Source: a virus
IMG/VR virus record: IMGVR_UViG_3300025072_002799
Coordinates: 32,001 to 96,000 of that record
Reading direction: 5' to 3' (one strand)
DNA length: 64,000 bases
In this document: positions 11,128 to 21,354 of the stretch, in pieces
Position numbering within the stretch: the stretch's first letter is position 1
How the letters are laid out: every line of letters begins with the position of its first letter
Notes under the pieces: generated by a model
What the model saw: only the letters and a program-made list of their open reading frames with translations
Databases searched by the model: none
What the model was told of the DNA's origin: nothing
Translations under genes and position numbers: made by a program

Positions 11128-11660
11128 TTTTTTATCCCAAAGACCTGGATGCAGGCTTTGTGATACTTTGCTTAGACGGGAATTCTGGTTATTTAGAACA
11201 TACCCTGAAATCTATACGATTTAGGTATGGAGATATTCCCTGCATTGCAATAGTGGAACAAGGGACATCCAAAAAACAAATAAAAAGAATGGAAGAACTG
11301 TGCCCAATTTATAGGGGCAAAAACACTGTAACTTCCTTAATCAATACCGGAATGAGAAACAGCGACAATGGATGGAATATGTTCCTTGTTGCTGGCGTCT
11401 GGCTAGGCGGAACTGAAATTAAAAGGATGTCTATTTTTGTGGAAAGCGAAAAAGACATTCTTTTCCCAGTAATTGACAAAGCGTTTAATTGGGAAAACTC
11501 TACCTTAAATGGGCTTTTGATGCACAAGACTTCTTTCAAAGAAGTTGGTCCATTTATAGACAACAATACTCCTTTAGATATGTGCAAGTTTATTTGGGGA
11601 GTGGAAGCTGAACAGCGAGGATGTAAATTTAAGTCCGTATTAGGACCTAAAATAATTTAG
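11124..11660 (+). CDS. Divergent GT-A (GT2-like) glycosyltransferase-fold protein
   Basis: 'FVIL...LEHTLKSI', 'LINTGMR', 'GLLMHK..FKEVGPF' resemble the GT2 core, but the DxD motif is not evident. Confidence 0.4.
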   Translation: MIFYPKDLDAGFVILCLDGNSGYLEHTLKSIRFRYGDIPCIAIVEQGTSKKQIKRMEELCPIYRGKNTVTSLINTGMRNSDNGWNMFLVAGVWLGGTEIKRMSIFVESEKDILFPVIDKAFNWENSTLNGLLMHKTSFKEVGPFIDNNTPLDMCKFIWGVEAEQRGCKFKSVLGPKII

Positions 11661-11671
11661 GAATAAATAAT

Positions 11672-12250
11672 ATGATTAATGAGTTTTTTAACTATCTGTT
11701 TAAAAACAACGATGATATAAATGAATCGCACAAAGATGCTGTTGAGTGCAAAAAAACTGGGATGGGAATTGGCGTACTTCCTGGTCCAGTTGAACGCAAG
11801 CACAGACACAGATGGACCTATACATGGCTTGACAAAGAAACCAAAGAACAAATTGTGTCTCCACAATTTGTTGAATTAACCGCAAGACCAAGCATGCGAT
11901 TTGAAGAAACAGAACTTAATTATTTGTCAGACAAATCAGAAAAATCATGGGTTCCTGGCAAAGCAACTTGGGACAAATTGACAATCAAGTACATAAACTG
12001 CGACAATGAATTGCAGGATGGTTTAAACGATGTATTTAATGAATGTTTTTATCCCGCCAATGATACATCAATGAAAACTCACGAAGGGTCATTACAATTA
12101 TGGGATAACGGTGGAAACCTACTTGAATCTTGGAAATTAAAAAATGCATTCCCTCAGGATATTTCATGGGAATTCAACATGGAAATTGGAAGTGTAGAAG
12201 TCGGAATTAGATTTAGTGACTCAGAATACAAAGCAGGTAATGATGAATAA
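11672..12250 (+). CDS. Tail tube (gp19-like) paralog 1
   Basis: 'RWTY...ARPS..FEETE.NY...W.PGKA.W..LTI.Y...LQLWD..G..LESW.LKNAFP' pattern. Confidence 0.7.
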   Translation: MINEFFNYLFKNNDDINESHKDAVECKKTGMGIGVLPGPVERKHRHRWTYTWLDKETKEQIVSPQFVELTARPSMRFEETELNYLSDKSEKSWVPGKATWDKLTIKYINCDNELQDGLNDVFNECFYPANDTSMKTHEGSLQLWDNGGNLLESWKLKNAFPQDISWEFNMEIGSVEVGIRFSDSEYKAGNDE

Positions 12251-12749
12251 TTTAAAAAATTATTGGCTATCGCATAAACTAAAAAATCCTAAAATACATC
12301 TTGGAATAATGACAACAAATGAAGTGAGATTCACAAGAAAGTTTAGATGGACTTATACATGGTTGGACAATGAAACTAAAGAAGAAATTGCAAAGGCTAG
12401 ATTTGTTAAATTAGATTCAAGACCTAATGTGAACTTTGAAGAAACAGAAATTAATTTTTTGTCAAACAAAACATGGATTCCAGGCAAAGCTAAGTGGAAA
12501 CCATTGGAATCCATCACTGTGACATACTTTGAAGGCATGGAAGATCTGTACGATCAATTTGAATACCTGCGATCAGAGCCAAAAAAGCATGAGGGATTGT
12601 TGCAATTATGGGATGGATGTGGAGGTCTTATTGAATCTTGGACGTTAAAAAATGCATTTCCATCATGCATTAATGGAGATCTTGATTATGTTGATATAAC
12701 AATTAAATATTTAGAATTACACTACAAGGCAGGTAATGATGAAAATTGA
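12240..12749 (+). CDS. Tail tube (gp19-like) paralog 2
   Basis: Same motif series as paralog 1. The likely start is the ATGATG at 12240, overlapping the end of the previous gene. Confidence 0.7.
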   Translation: MMNNLKNYWLSHKLKNPKIHLGIMTTNEVRFTRKFRWTYTWLDNETKEEIAKARFVKLDSRPNVNFEETEINFLSNKTWIPGKAKWKPLESITVTYFEGMEDLYDQFEYLRSEPKKHEGLLQLWDGCGGLIESWTLKNAFPSCINGDLDYVDITIKYLELHYKAGNDEN

Positions 12750-13077
12750 AACTAGAAGCAGTCACGGTCTAAAAGCGGAAATGACCGATGGCGTCACTGC
12801 AACGAATAATGATTACGAACAAAGAATAAGAGAAATTGCTGAATTGCTGTACAATGTCAGTCATGACATACACGATCATTCGGTTAGAGCTATATGGGAA
12901 GATGATTCCTGGGCTAAGACTGATAGCGTAATTCAAAATGGAATACGAGGGACGTTTTATGATAAAGCATTAAAGATGTGTGCGCATTATGAGACAAATG
13001 CAGAAATCAAACACATGGTAAGATTTTTAAATGAGGTAAATCCAAAGACTTTAAGACAACTAATTGAAGAACTTTAA
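12736..13077 (+). CDS. Hypothetical protein
   Basis: ORF coupled to the upstream gene through the same AGGTAATGATG junction. Confidence 0.55.
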   Translation: MMKIETRSSHGLKAEMTDGVTATNNDYEQRIREIAELLYNVSHDIHDHSVRAIWEDDSWAKTDSVIQNGIRGTFYDKALKMCAHYETNAEIKHMVRFLNEVNPKTLRQLIEEL

Positions 13078-13598
13078 ATTCTTCCGCACACTAGATCCCA
13101 TCTATCGTGAAGACCTTCATCGTTATTGTTAACTGAGTCCAAATAGTCGTATAAGCAATCCCAGCTAGAAAACATGAATTCAAGTGGTATGAATCCAAAA
13201 TACCACAAAGGCAAATAAGCAATGTCATCATTTGTTATAAGCAATGTTGGTTTTTTTGAGTCGTTGCTATTTATAATTTCATGATGAGTTCCAGTTGTAG
13301 GCATCTTATATGGAAGATAGGCAATTATAAAATCGCTTTTATCAACAACATCTAGGTCTTTTCTAACGAAGTCTCTAGCTATTTTTGATATTGTTTTATG
13401 ATCTTTTTCCTTTCTAGCCTTGTCTAACGATGGAACCCACTGCTGTTTTGGGTCATCAAAGGGATCAAATACATCAATTTTAAATCTATCATTTAAAACC
13501 TCTTTTGGCTCAATCCTCCAATTTACAACACTTTCTCCATCATGTTCAATTGCACCGCTAAGATAACATTTAGTTCCTTCAAGTGGTTTTTTATTCAT
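13074..13598 (-). CDS. Nucleoside 2-deoxyribosyltransferase-like protein
   Basis: 'YLSGAIE...WR...FDP...DLDVVDKSDFIIAY...GT.HE...KP' motif. Confidence 0.75.
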   Translation of the reverse strand: MNKKPLEGTKCYLSGAIEHDGESVVNWRIEPKEVLNDRFKIDVFDPFDDPKQQWVPSLDKARKEKDHKTISKIARDFVRKDLDVVDKSDFIIAYLPYKMPTTGTHHEIINSNDSKKPTLLITNDDIAYLPLWYFGFIPLEFMFSSWDCLYDYLDSVNNNDEGLHDRWDLVCGRI

Positions 13599-13656
13599 GT
13601 TATACTCCTCTTTACTCTATTAAATAACACTCATATTATCGTATAAAGGACGCAAA

Positions 13657-14358
13657 ATGTCAACAGAATTACAGAAAGCGGAAGATTTTTTAAAACAAGT
13701 AAATCTTCCAGACCGTCACAGCTATTTTCAACTAAGATATTTCGTAATCGGAAAAGAACCGACGATGCAAGGCAAGATGTGGCAATGCCTTAGGGAAATC
13801 AGGTCCAGAAAAGACGCATTGGAAAATATAGTCTGGGAAGAGGAAGAATTGAAGGATAATAAGGAATTGTCAGAAATTCAAATTAAAAAAATAGAACGTG
13901 CAACAGAACTTGCAGTCGATGAATTGGACGTAAAAGAGGGAGATATTCAAATTCGCAAAATTAAAAGACAACTTAAAAGCACCGAAAAAAAGGCTGAGGA
14001 GCTTGTCAGAAGGAAGAAAAACACCGAAGAAGAACTTAATTTCTTCGTTCAATCATTAGAAACCCTGATGAAAACAGAAAATTTAAAGTCTTATGATGAT
14101 TTAGAGGCTCAAACTGAGTATTGGGGTGCCAAACTGTCACAAAAATTGAACTTAGGCAATTTGTTGGGTGGAAAGCTTGATGTGGAACTAGTAGATACAG
14201 TATTGGCTCTACCAGATACGTCTCCAATTAAAAAAGAAGTCGTATATATGATAGAGAACATTCAAAACAGACTACTTGAAGAAAAAGCTGACAGTGAGGC
14301 TATGCTAAGAACCTCAAAAGAAGCCGAGAAAAACGCTAAAGCTTTAACGGAGGATTAA
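13657..14358 (+). CDS. Coiled-coil hypothetical protein
   Basis: Long Glu/Lys heptad region, SD AAGGA, coupled to the next gene. Confidence 0.6.
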   Translation: MSTELQKAEDFLKQVNLPDRHSYFQLRYFVIGKEPTMQGKMWQCLREIRSRKDALENIVWEEEELKDNKELSEIQIKKIERATELAVDELDVKEGDIQIRKIKRQLKSTEKKAEELVRRKKNTEEELNFFVQSLETLMKTENLKSYDDLEAQTEYWGAKLSQKLNLGNLLGGKLDVELVDTVLALPDTSPIKKEVVYMIENIQNRLLEEKADSEAMLRTSKEAEKNAKALTED

Positions 14359-15389
14359 TGACAAGAATTACAAGTCTTGATATTGGATATACAACTGGAG
14401 ATTTGTCGGTATATCCAGAGGCTATAGATTCTGTTGAGCAACTGTATGAAGCTCAAAACAATGCTGAAACAAAGCTGACAAATACGTTGACGTATGCCAG
14501 TCGTATTATCATTGTTGATGATACGACTGGCTTCCCTGATAAAGGCATATTGCGAGTAGGACCACCTGCTGGAACGCCTGGATCTCCAGAATTGATTTAT
14601 TATGGATCTAAAACATCATCAACATTTTTGAATCTGGTAAGAGGATACGCAGGATCTCAGCAAAACAAATGGCCTGCACAAAGTGATGTGGGGAATCCAG
14701 TTAACGCAGAACATCACAATGCTGCTAAAGATGCAATTCTAAATATACAAGCAAATCTTGGCATTGAAGAATCGGTTGCCACTCTTCCAACAGAAACGGG
14801 ACCTTTGAATGGAATATTGAAGGAAGTAGAAAACAAATTTCTATCTCCACGAGCTTTATTTAGAGCGACATATTTAGTTGGAGAGCCACCATTGACAGTG
14901 ACCTTTCAAAACATATCTACTGGGGACATTATTCGTTCTCTTTGGAACTTTGGTGATGGCGCAACATCAACAGACACAAATCCAACCCACACGTATACTG
15001 CTGTTGGATCATATACTGTTACGTTGGAAATAATCACATCTACAGGAGGAACTGGAACTTCTTCTAAATTCAACTACATAACTGTTGATGAAGAACATGG
15101 GTTTTCATTTTTTTACATTACGCCCTCAATAGGAGTATCTTCCGAAACTGCTACAGCCACCGCAACAAGTCCAACATCTTTTGAATTTGTTGATCAAACG
15201 GATGGTGATGTAGTTGCTAGGTTTTGGCTTTTTGGAGATGGAGAAAGTTTTGATCAAGATGACCCAAATGAACACACGGCAACTCACACTTATGCTATTC
15301 CTGGGACATACGAACCATCTGTATTGGTTCTTTTTAGCGACCAATCACTTCAAAGAATATTTTTACAAGAAACAATAACGGTTACTTAA
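14358..15389 (+). CDS. PKD-domain virion protein
   Basis: Two PKD motifs, 'WNFGDG.TS...PTHTY..VGSYTVTL' and 'WLFGDG...HTY..PGTY'. Confidence 0.8.
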   Translation: MTRITSLDIGYTTGDLSVYPEAIDSVEQLYEAQNNAETKLTNTLTYASRIIIVDDTTGFPDKGILRVGPPAGTPGSPELIYYGSKTSSTFLNLVRGYAGSQQNKWPAQSDVGNPVNAEHHNAAKDAILNIQANLGIEESVATLPTETGPLNGILKEVENKFLSPRALFRATYLVGEPPLTVTFQNISTGDIIRSLWNFGDGATSTDTNPTHTYTAVGSYTVTLEIITSTGGTGTSSKFNYITVDEEHGFSFFYITPSIGVSSETATATATSPTSFEFVDQTDGDVVARFWLFGDGESFDQDDPNEHTATHTYAIPGTYEPSVLVLFSDQSLQRIFLQETITVT

Positions 15390-15390
15390 T

Positions 15391-17631
15391 ATGGCTGAAC
15401 CTACAGTAAGCAATTTCCCAACATCATTAGACAATGATGAAAATCTATATGTTGTTCACGACAGCTTAAGACTTAGATTGGCAGAAGATTACACTCCAGG
15501 GGACACAACTATAACCGTAGATTTGAACACGCTGGTTATGGAAAACTTTCCTGATTCAGGGCTGATAACATTGACAGATCAATGTAGCGATCTTGCCATA
15601 AGAGCAATATCCTTTCATTATACAGCGAGGACAGAAACTACATTTACTGGCGTTACTGTAAAAGAAGGGTTTACTGATGTAGCCAAACAAAAGAAAATAA
15701 CAAACGTAACAATGAATGTTATGGAAGATCACCATAACAATTTAAAAGACGCTCTCATAGCCGCTGAAGAGTTCATTGGAATAAAAGGAACTATAGACGG
15801 ATCTCCATTTGGCGACACAATGGAGGGGCGTATTAATTTTTTACATAAAATTGCCTTACGCCCCCATGCTTGGTTTTCCGTGAACAAAAGGGTTGGCGTC
15901 ATTCCTTTAGAAATAGAGTTTACGGACTTAAGTTTAAGGACTGCCACTGGATGTGAGGTTGGCACTGTATCATATATATTTGATTTTGGTGATGGAACGA
16001 CATCAACGACCTCTGTAGAGTTTCCGTCTACCACTGAAAGTACGCTTTCTGTAACTGATCTCAATGGAGGCACCGTAAGCAAGATATACGCCGCACCTGG
16101 GATTTACAATGCCTCCTTGACCGTTATAGACAACTTTGGAACAGATACGATTGTTTTCCCTAATTTAATTAACGCAAGGCTAGAGGCTCCCTCAGAGGCA
16201 AATATAATAATTGTTCCAACTACGCAACAGACATTAGAGGATGATGTTCTTAGAACTGCCTCTGACACTCTTATAAACATTCAGATTTTAGAAGGAACAG
16301 ATCCAGGCACTTCAGATCCAGAAAGAACATATTCTGGCGAAGAGGTGGATGGCAATGGAGATCCTTTAGATCCAATTACAGTTTACACTTGGGACTTGTC
16401 TGATGATTTAGAGCATGAAAACACGCAGAACACCTTCGCCTCTTATAGTGTTGGCGGACTGTATGACATTGCATTGAGAGCGGACACTCAATTCGGCGCA
16501 TATAGAATTACATCTGTAGATAGTTCTATTGATGTTGTTGAGAATTCTAATTTATGGGTATGGACAGCACCAAGTTCATCGTTGCCAAATACAGTCCAAG
16601 CATATGAAATGGGACTCATAAGCGAAAGCTTCAAAGTTGGATCTGGTCAAACAGTTTCTTTAGATAGAGATGATTCATTCTTAGATGGAACAAACAATGA
16701 AACGCAAGCAAAAAGAGAATTTAACAGGAATAATGGATTTGCTTCTAGGCAAACAACTGGTTCTAACAAGACAGGATCTACAACATTAATTTATAACGCA
16801 ACAGGACGTACAGATGCAGAGCCATCTACATCTGAGGAAGTTGCATTCTTTTCCTACAATGGATTTCTAGACTCTTACACATCAGAGTCTTCAATAACTA
16901 GACCTTGGAACTGGGCTACATTTTCTTCAACAAGCAATGCATATTTGTTTTCTGGAACTGAATCAGGATCAATACCAGCAAACACTGCACCAACAAATCA
17001 ATTAAGGGCAGCAATTGATTTATCGACACTCTCTGCTTCAAACATAACATTTACATCTGGAAGTTACTTAAATGGTGCGGAAGAACTTGAAGAATACGTA
17101 GCAACGTTTGAAGAAGGCACAGTTCCAGATGATGGATATTTTGGAGTTCACAGAACTGCGTGGAAGGGTACGACAGGATATTTGATAAGAAACTCTGGTG
17201 TTGGTTCGTTTTTTAGACTATTGAACTTTTATCAAACAGACGGTACATTTTCAGATAACTTCACTCAAATGACAAAATTAACCGATATGCTTGGAACAGT
17301 AAAGTTAGAAGGGCAACTTGTTGACTTATCAGAGGGTGTTTATTTTTTCAATAACTCTGGAGCGATTTCTGCATACAATACAACAGATCAATCATGGCAT
17401 ACTGGTGGGAATGTCAACTCGGCAGCATTTGTATCACTTCAAGACGCCACAATATCTGGGTTTAGTAGTGCAGAAAACACGCTTTTGGCTACATCAAACG
17501 GAGACAGACTTGCATATCTGAGTTTTGACTATAGCCCTTCTGCTATGACTAAATTTAATGAAGTTGATACAACATTCACATCATTGGTTTCTAGACCTAG
17601 TGGAGATCAATGGTTAATGGGTATTTACTAA
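15391..17631 (+). CDS. PKD-domain virion protein (putative receptor-binding)
   Basis: 'FDFGDG...YAAPGIY', an N-terminal domain shared with its neighbours, and a beta-rich C-terminus. Confidence 0.7.
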   Translation: MAEPTVSNFPTSLDNDENLYVVHDSLRLRLAEDYTPGDTTITVDLNTLVMENFPDSGLITLTDQCSDLAIRAISFHYTARTETTFTGVTVKEGFTDVAKQKKITNVTMNVMEDHHNNLKDALIAAEEFIGIKGTIDGSPFGDTMEGRINFLHKIALRPHAWFSVNKRVGVIPLEIEFTDLSLRTATGCEVGTVSYIFDFGDGTTSTTSVEFPSTTESTLSVTDLNGGTVSKIYAAPGIYNASLTVIDNFGTDTIVFPNLINARLEAPSEANIIIVPTTQQTLEDDVLRTASDTLINIQILEGTDPGTSDPERTYSGEEVDGNGDPLDPITVYTWDLSDDLEHENTQNTFASYSVGGLYDIALRADTQFGAYRITSVDSSIDVVENSNLWVWTAPSSSLPNTVQAYEMGLISESFKVGSGQTVSLDRDDSFLDGTNNETQAKREFNRNNGFASRQTTGSNKTGSTTLIYNATGRTDAEPSTSEEVAFFSYNGFLDSYTSESSITRPWNWATFSSTSNAYLFSGTESGSIPANTAPTNQLRAAIDLSTLSASNITFTSGSYLNGAEELEEYVATFEEGTVPDDGYFGVHRTAWKGTTGYLIRNSGVGSFFRLLNFYQTDGTFSDNFTQMTKLTDMLGTVKLEGQLVDLSEGVYFFNNSGAISAYNTTDQSWHTGGNVNSAAFVSLQDATISGFSSAENTLLATSNGDRLAYLSFDYSPSAMTKFNEVDTTFTSLVSRPSGDQWLMGIY

Positions 17632-17657
17632 AATTGATGGAGAATCATAAATAAAGT

Positions 17658-19727
17658 ATGGCATCTATAGGCTTTCCACCCGAACCCGTATTCCCTAACG
17701 CAATTGATTCAGACAGAACGTTGTTTCTTGTGTATAATAGCACAGAAAGCATTCTTGCTGTGGACAATGAGCCTTGGTGTACGGAAATTGAAATAACACC
17801 AGTATTAGAAGATGATGACGATTTTTGGGCTGATAATGGATTTGGAAACATTGACGGAGAGCTTTTCTATTACGACAGCGTAGAAAAGGACTCTAATGGA
17901 AAGGTTTCCAAGTTACTAAAATGCGCCCGTAATTTGGGTGGGATACAAACTCACTTTGTTAAATCTGGTGGTAGCAACTGCCAAGTCAGATCATTTGTTG
18001 TTGCAGAGCATCACAATCAGTTAGTAAAGGCTATTTGCCAAGTAGAGAAGTTCGTTGGATTTAATTTCGACACAGACACAGACACCCTTGACTTTAGAAT
18101 CAGATGCCTAAGAGAAGTTCCAATCTGTCAAGATGACTTTAATTGCCCTGTTGTGACATTTAAGACCAGTGTTGTAGATGACGATCCTTGTGACGGAATT
18201 TTAATAGATTATGAAATAGACATAGATGGAGACTTCTCTGGCGTATTGATTAATTTTGGTGATGGAATAACCACAGATACAATTGTTGCTGGTCAGCATC
18301 GCTATCCGCCAGGAGTCTCAGTTGACCCTGTAGTGACCGTTACTAGCACAAATTGTCAGATTTGCGCTACGCCAAGTGAGAGAGAAGGTGACAATACATT
18401 ATGTGCAGTTGTTGTTCCTGAGCCGTTTACTATTCCGATACCAGAAGTGACGCTGCCAAATATAAGTTTTACAATACCTGAAATCCCAGCGCCACAAGTA
18501 GAGTTGCCTCCTGTAATTCTTCCGTGCGTAGAATTGTCCGTACCTGAGTTTCCAGAGTTTCCTGAAATTTCTATACCTGATTTTCCTGGCATAAGCATTT
18601 CTATTCCAGATATTGACATTCAAATTCCAAGCGTAATAACCATTGTGCCTGACACGATCAGCATTGTTCCAAATGAAATAACAATCAGTCCTTCTGTAAT
18701 TGAGTTTGGGAATGTCCCATTCATTCCAACTCAAATTGCATTTGTTAACAACCCAACAATTACATCTACAATTACATGGATTAACAACCCAACAATTACG
18801 TCTGTAATTTCATGGGCAGAGACACCTGTAATTCCAGACGTTTCATGGGCAACCACACCTGTAATTCCAGACGTTTCATGGGCAACCACACCTGTAATTC
18901 CAGACGTTTCATGGGCACCTACACCTACAATTCCAGACGTTGGATGGGCACCTACACCTTCAATTTCTGATGTTCAATTCGCAGATGCACCAGTAGTTTC
19001 AGTGGAGTGGGGAACGCCACCAGATTGTTCTTGTACTGTTGTCATTGAATGCCCAGCAACGAGCATTGCTGCTGGAATGAATGCAAAAAGAAACAGTGCA
19101 AGCGCTGCTTTTGACGAAGATTGGAGTAATCTCGTTGATTCTTGGGAAGACAATGATGAAGACAATTTGAAAATGCAAATGGACCTAAACAACATAGGCA
19201 TACCATCTGAAATTAAGGTCATTGCACCAGAAAGAATGCCAGATGTTAAGGTGTTTCATGATATTCCTGATGTAATTTCTGTTGAATTTCCAAAAATACC
19301 TACTGTTATAAATGTAGAGCATGATATACCACATAAGATTGAATTGATTGACAAGCTTCCAGAATTTATAAAACTTGAGGTTCCTGGTCCGATTAAGATT
19401 GATGCCTCTGATTTACCAGCATTAGTGTTAGAGTTGTCGGATAATTTTCCAAGTGTGTTCAAATTGGAAGCCATTGGAATACCAGACAAAATTCAAGTGG
19501 AAGGAATACCAGATACAATCGCAGTGTTGCATGATATTCCAGATGTAATTGAACTTATATTGCCTGGAGATCCAAAAGTTAGTTTGGTTATGCCAGATAA
19601 TCCAAAAATAGAAATGGTGTATGAAGGTGCTCCTATAGAAATGAAAGTCAAATTAGGAGTGGACACGGCGCTAGGTGGAGATGACGATGACAATCCTTGC
19701 GTCATGATTGTTCCATGCAATAAATAA
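17658..19727 (+). CDS. PKD-like virion protein with Pro/Ile-rich repeats
   Basis: Shared N-terminal domain ('FP..ID', 'AEHHN'), 'INFGDG', then Pro-rich, 11-aa and 'HDIP' repeats. Confidence 0.65.
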   Translation: MASIGFPPEPVFPNAIDSDRTLFLVYNSTESILAVDNEPWCTEIEITPVLEDDDDFWADNGFGNIDGELFYYDSVEKDSNGKVSKLLKCARNLGGIQTHFVKSGGSNCQVRSFVVAEHHNQLVKAICQVEKFVGFNFDTDTDTLDFRIRCLREVPICQDDFNCPVVTFKTSVVDDDPCDGILIDYEIDIDGDFSGVLINFGDGITTDTIVAGQHRYPPGVSVDPVVTVTSTNCQICATPSEREGDNTLCAVVVPEPFTIPIPEVTLPNISFTIPEIPAPQVELPPVILPCVELSVPEFPEFPEISIPDFPGISISIPDIDIQIPSVITIVPDTISIVPNEITISPSVIEFGNVPFIPTQIAFVNNPTITSTITWINNPTITSVISWAETPVIPDVSWATTPVIPDVSWATTPVIPDVSWAPTPTIPDVGWAPTPSISDVQFADAPVVSVEWGTPPDCSCTVVIECPATSIAAGMNAKRNSASAAFDEDWSNLVDSWEDNDEDNLKMQMDLNNIGIPSEIKVIAPERMPDVKVFHDIPDVISVEFPKIPTVINVEHDIPHKIELIDKLPEFIKLEVPGPIKIDASDLPALVLELSDNFPSVFKLEAIGIPDKIQVEGIPDTIAVLHDIPDVIELILPGDPKVSLVMPDNPKIEMVYEGAPIEMKVKLGVDTALGGDDDDNPCVMIVPCNK
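18808..18972 (+). repeat. 33-bp in-frame tandem repeat, 5 copies (SWATTPVIPDV)
   Basis: Unit TTTCATGGGCAACCACACCTGTAATTCCAGACG. Copies 2 and 3 are identical and the outer copies have diverged. Confidence 0.95.
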
Positions 19728-20587
19728 TGAGAATTAGAAAACACGAAAACAAAAACCATTACATACGAACTCCTGAAGGCGTATGGGTGAGAGACTTTAC
19801 GAAAGTCGGTGTCGTTCCAAAAGACATAAACAGCTTATCTAATCTTGACGATAAGAGAATTCTTCTGAAAAATGAGTTTGAAAACATAAGAAAAAAACTC
19901 AACATTGTAGAAGACATTAGACAAGTCTATAATAATGTAGTCATTGTTTCTGATGGAAACAAATTCAAAGAAAGACATCGCATAATTTCAGATATGCCTA
20001 CAGCAGTTCCAATAGGAGTCAATGGATCTCTCAGAAAATGGGAACTAGCTGGCGATGATTGCCCAGCAGAAAAGCAACGCAACATGTTTTATGTTGTAAA
20101 CAACCCATATGATGAATGCAATAAATATCTTCCTAACGATTCATTCTATCCAAACTGTTTGGCATCTTTAAGAACTAATCCAGATTTCATAAAAGCATAC
20201 AGAGGAGAAGTTTATAGATACTCAACAACGCCAGAAGTGAAGTTTCACAATCCATACAATGATGCAGAGTACACAATAGACGATTACAGAAACTCAATTT
20301 GTGCCGCCATTTGTTTTGCAAATGTGTTCAAAGTTAAAAAATTATTATTACTGTGTTGCGATGATTCATTCGAACAAGAAAGACCAGGATCTATCGAGAC
20401 TGGCAAAGGAACGTGGATGTATCCACAACAAAAAGAATTGCATAACATCATTGACGCTAATCTATTTTGGCTAAAACAAAACGATGTTGAAATTGCAGAA
20501 TATTCTGACGGACCTCATTATAATAACGCTACATACATACAGTCAGATGACGAAGCTATTCAATTTTTTAAGGATGACAATGAATAA
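19727..20587 (+). CDS. DUF115/Maf (sialyltransferase-like) fold protein
   Basis: 'VVIVSDG', 'IGVNGS' and 'NSICAAI.FA..F.VKKLLL.CCD' resemble the Maf/GT29/GT42-type pattern. Confidence 0.4.
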   Translation: MRIRKHENKNHYIRTPEGVWVRDFTKVGVVPKDINSLSNLDDKRILLKNEFENIRKKLNIVEDIRQVYNNVVIVSDGNKFKERHRIISDMPTAVPIGVNGSLRKWELAGDDCPAEKQRNMFYVVNNPYDECNKYLPNDSFYPNCLASLRTNPDFIKAYRGEVYRYSTTPEVKFHNPYNDAEYTIDDYRNSICAAICFANVFKVKKLLLLCCDDSFEQERPGSIETGKGTWMYPQQKELHNIIDANLFWLKQNDVEIAEYSDGPHYNNATYIQSDDEAIQFFKDDNE

Positions 20588-20873
20588 TAATAACAACGAA
20601 GGATTTTTTGACATTAATGAATTCAAGAAGTGGATGGAAGAAGATCCATCCAACAAACAAAAGAGATCTAAGTTCATTGGAATCCAAGTTGAGTCTAAAA
20701 TATCGTCAAGCAAGCTTGTAAACAAAATAGAAACCGAAAATGAAATTGATGAAGTAGTTGAAGACTTTATTGAAAACGGTGGTTTCATCACAAATGTTGA
20801 AGGCAATTGGTTTACAGTTGAAGTAAACTCTGGTGATTTTATTGTTCCAAGAAAATACGTTCGCCGTTCTTAA
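20580..20873 (+). CDS. Hypothetical protein
   Basis: ORF overlapping the upstream stop. It contains 'EFKKWMEE' near the N-terminus. Confidence 0.6.
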   Translation: MNNNNNEGFFDINEFKKWMEEDPSNKQKRSKFIGIQVESKISSSKLVNKIETENEIDEVVEDFIENGGFITNVEGNWFTVEVNSGDFIVPRKYVRRS

Positions 20874-21232
20874 CGACCCTTTCTTATCATAGTTTTTTGA
20901 TGTGGAAGCTTGTCCGTTTTAATGGATGGTGCTTCCATAATCTTTTTCAAATTCATTATAGACGCAGGCGACATAGGGATTTGCTTGTACCCTCTAGACG
21001 CAACAGCCTTTCTAAATTCTTGGTAAGACGAAGCACTCTCTGCCCACACTTCCCACATCATTCTGTTTTTGTGAATTATTGCTTCCATCTCTGACTCTAA
21101 ATCTTGAGGAAGTCCAAGAACCTTAGGGCTTTCCATCTTTGTTGGATTCACCTTTTGAGGAGCGTTTAATATCGCTACCACCTTCACTGCCTTCTTGTCT
21201 CTCCTCGCCAGATAAACGTATATCTTTTCCAT
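20870..21232 (-). CDS. Hypothetical basic protein
   Basis: ORF with SD GAGGA, convergent with the previous gene. Confidence 0.6.
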   Translation of the reverse strand: MEKIYVYLARRDKKAVKVVAILNAPQKVNPTKMESPKVLGLPQDLESEMEAIIHKNRMMWEVWAESASSYQEFRKAVASRGYKQIPMSPASIMNLKKIMEAPSIKTDKLPHQKTMIRKGR

Positions 21233-21354
21233 TTAATATTTCCTCTAAAAAGACTTCTAATACCACTCTTTTATAAACAGAGTTTTCTTTGCCAAGTAAA
21301 TCAAAGAAATTGACCAATCCCTCTGATGCTTCTACTTCTTTTTTTTGTTTTTTC

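Noticed and set aside
11672-12749. Diversity-generating retroelement template/variable repeat pair
   Set aside because: The similarity spans whole genes with indels and differences not restricted to adenines, and no reverse transcriptase is in the window.
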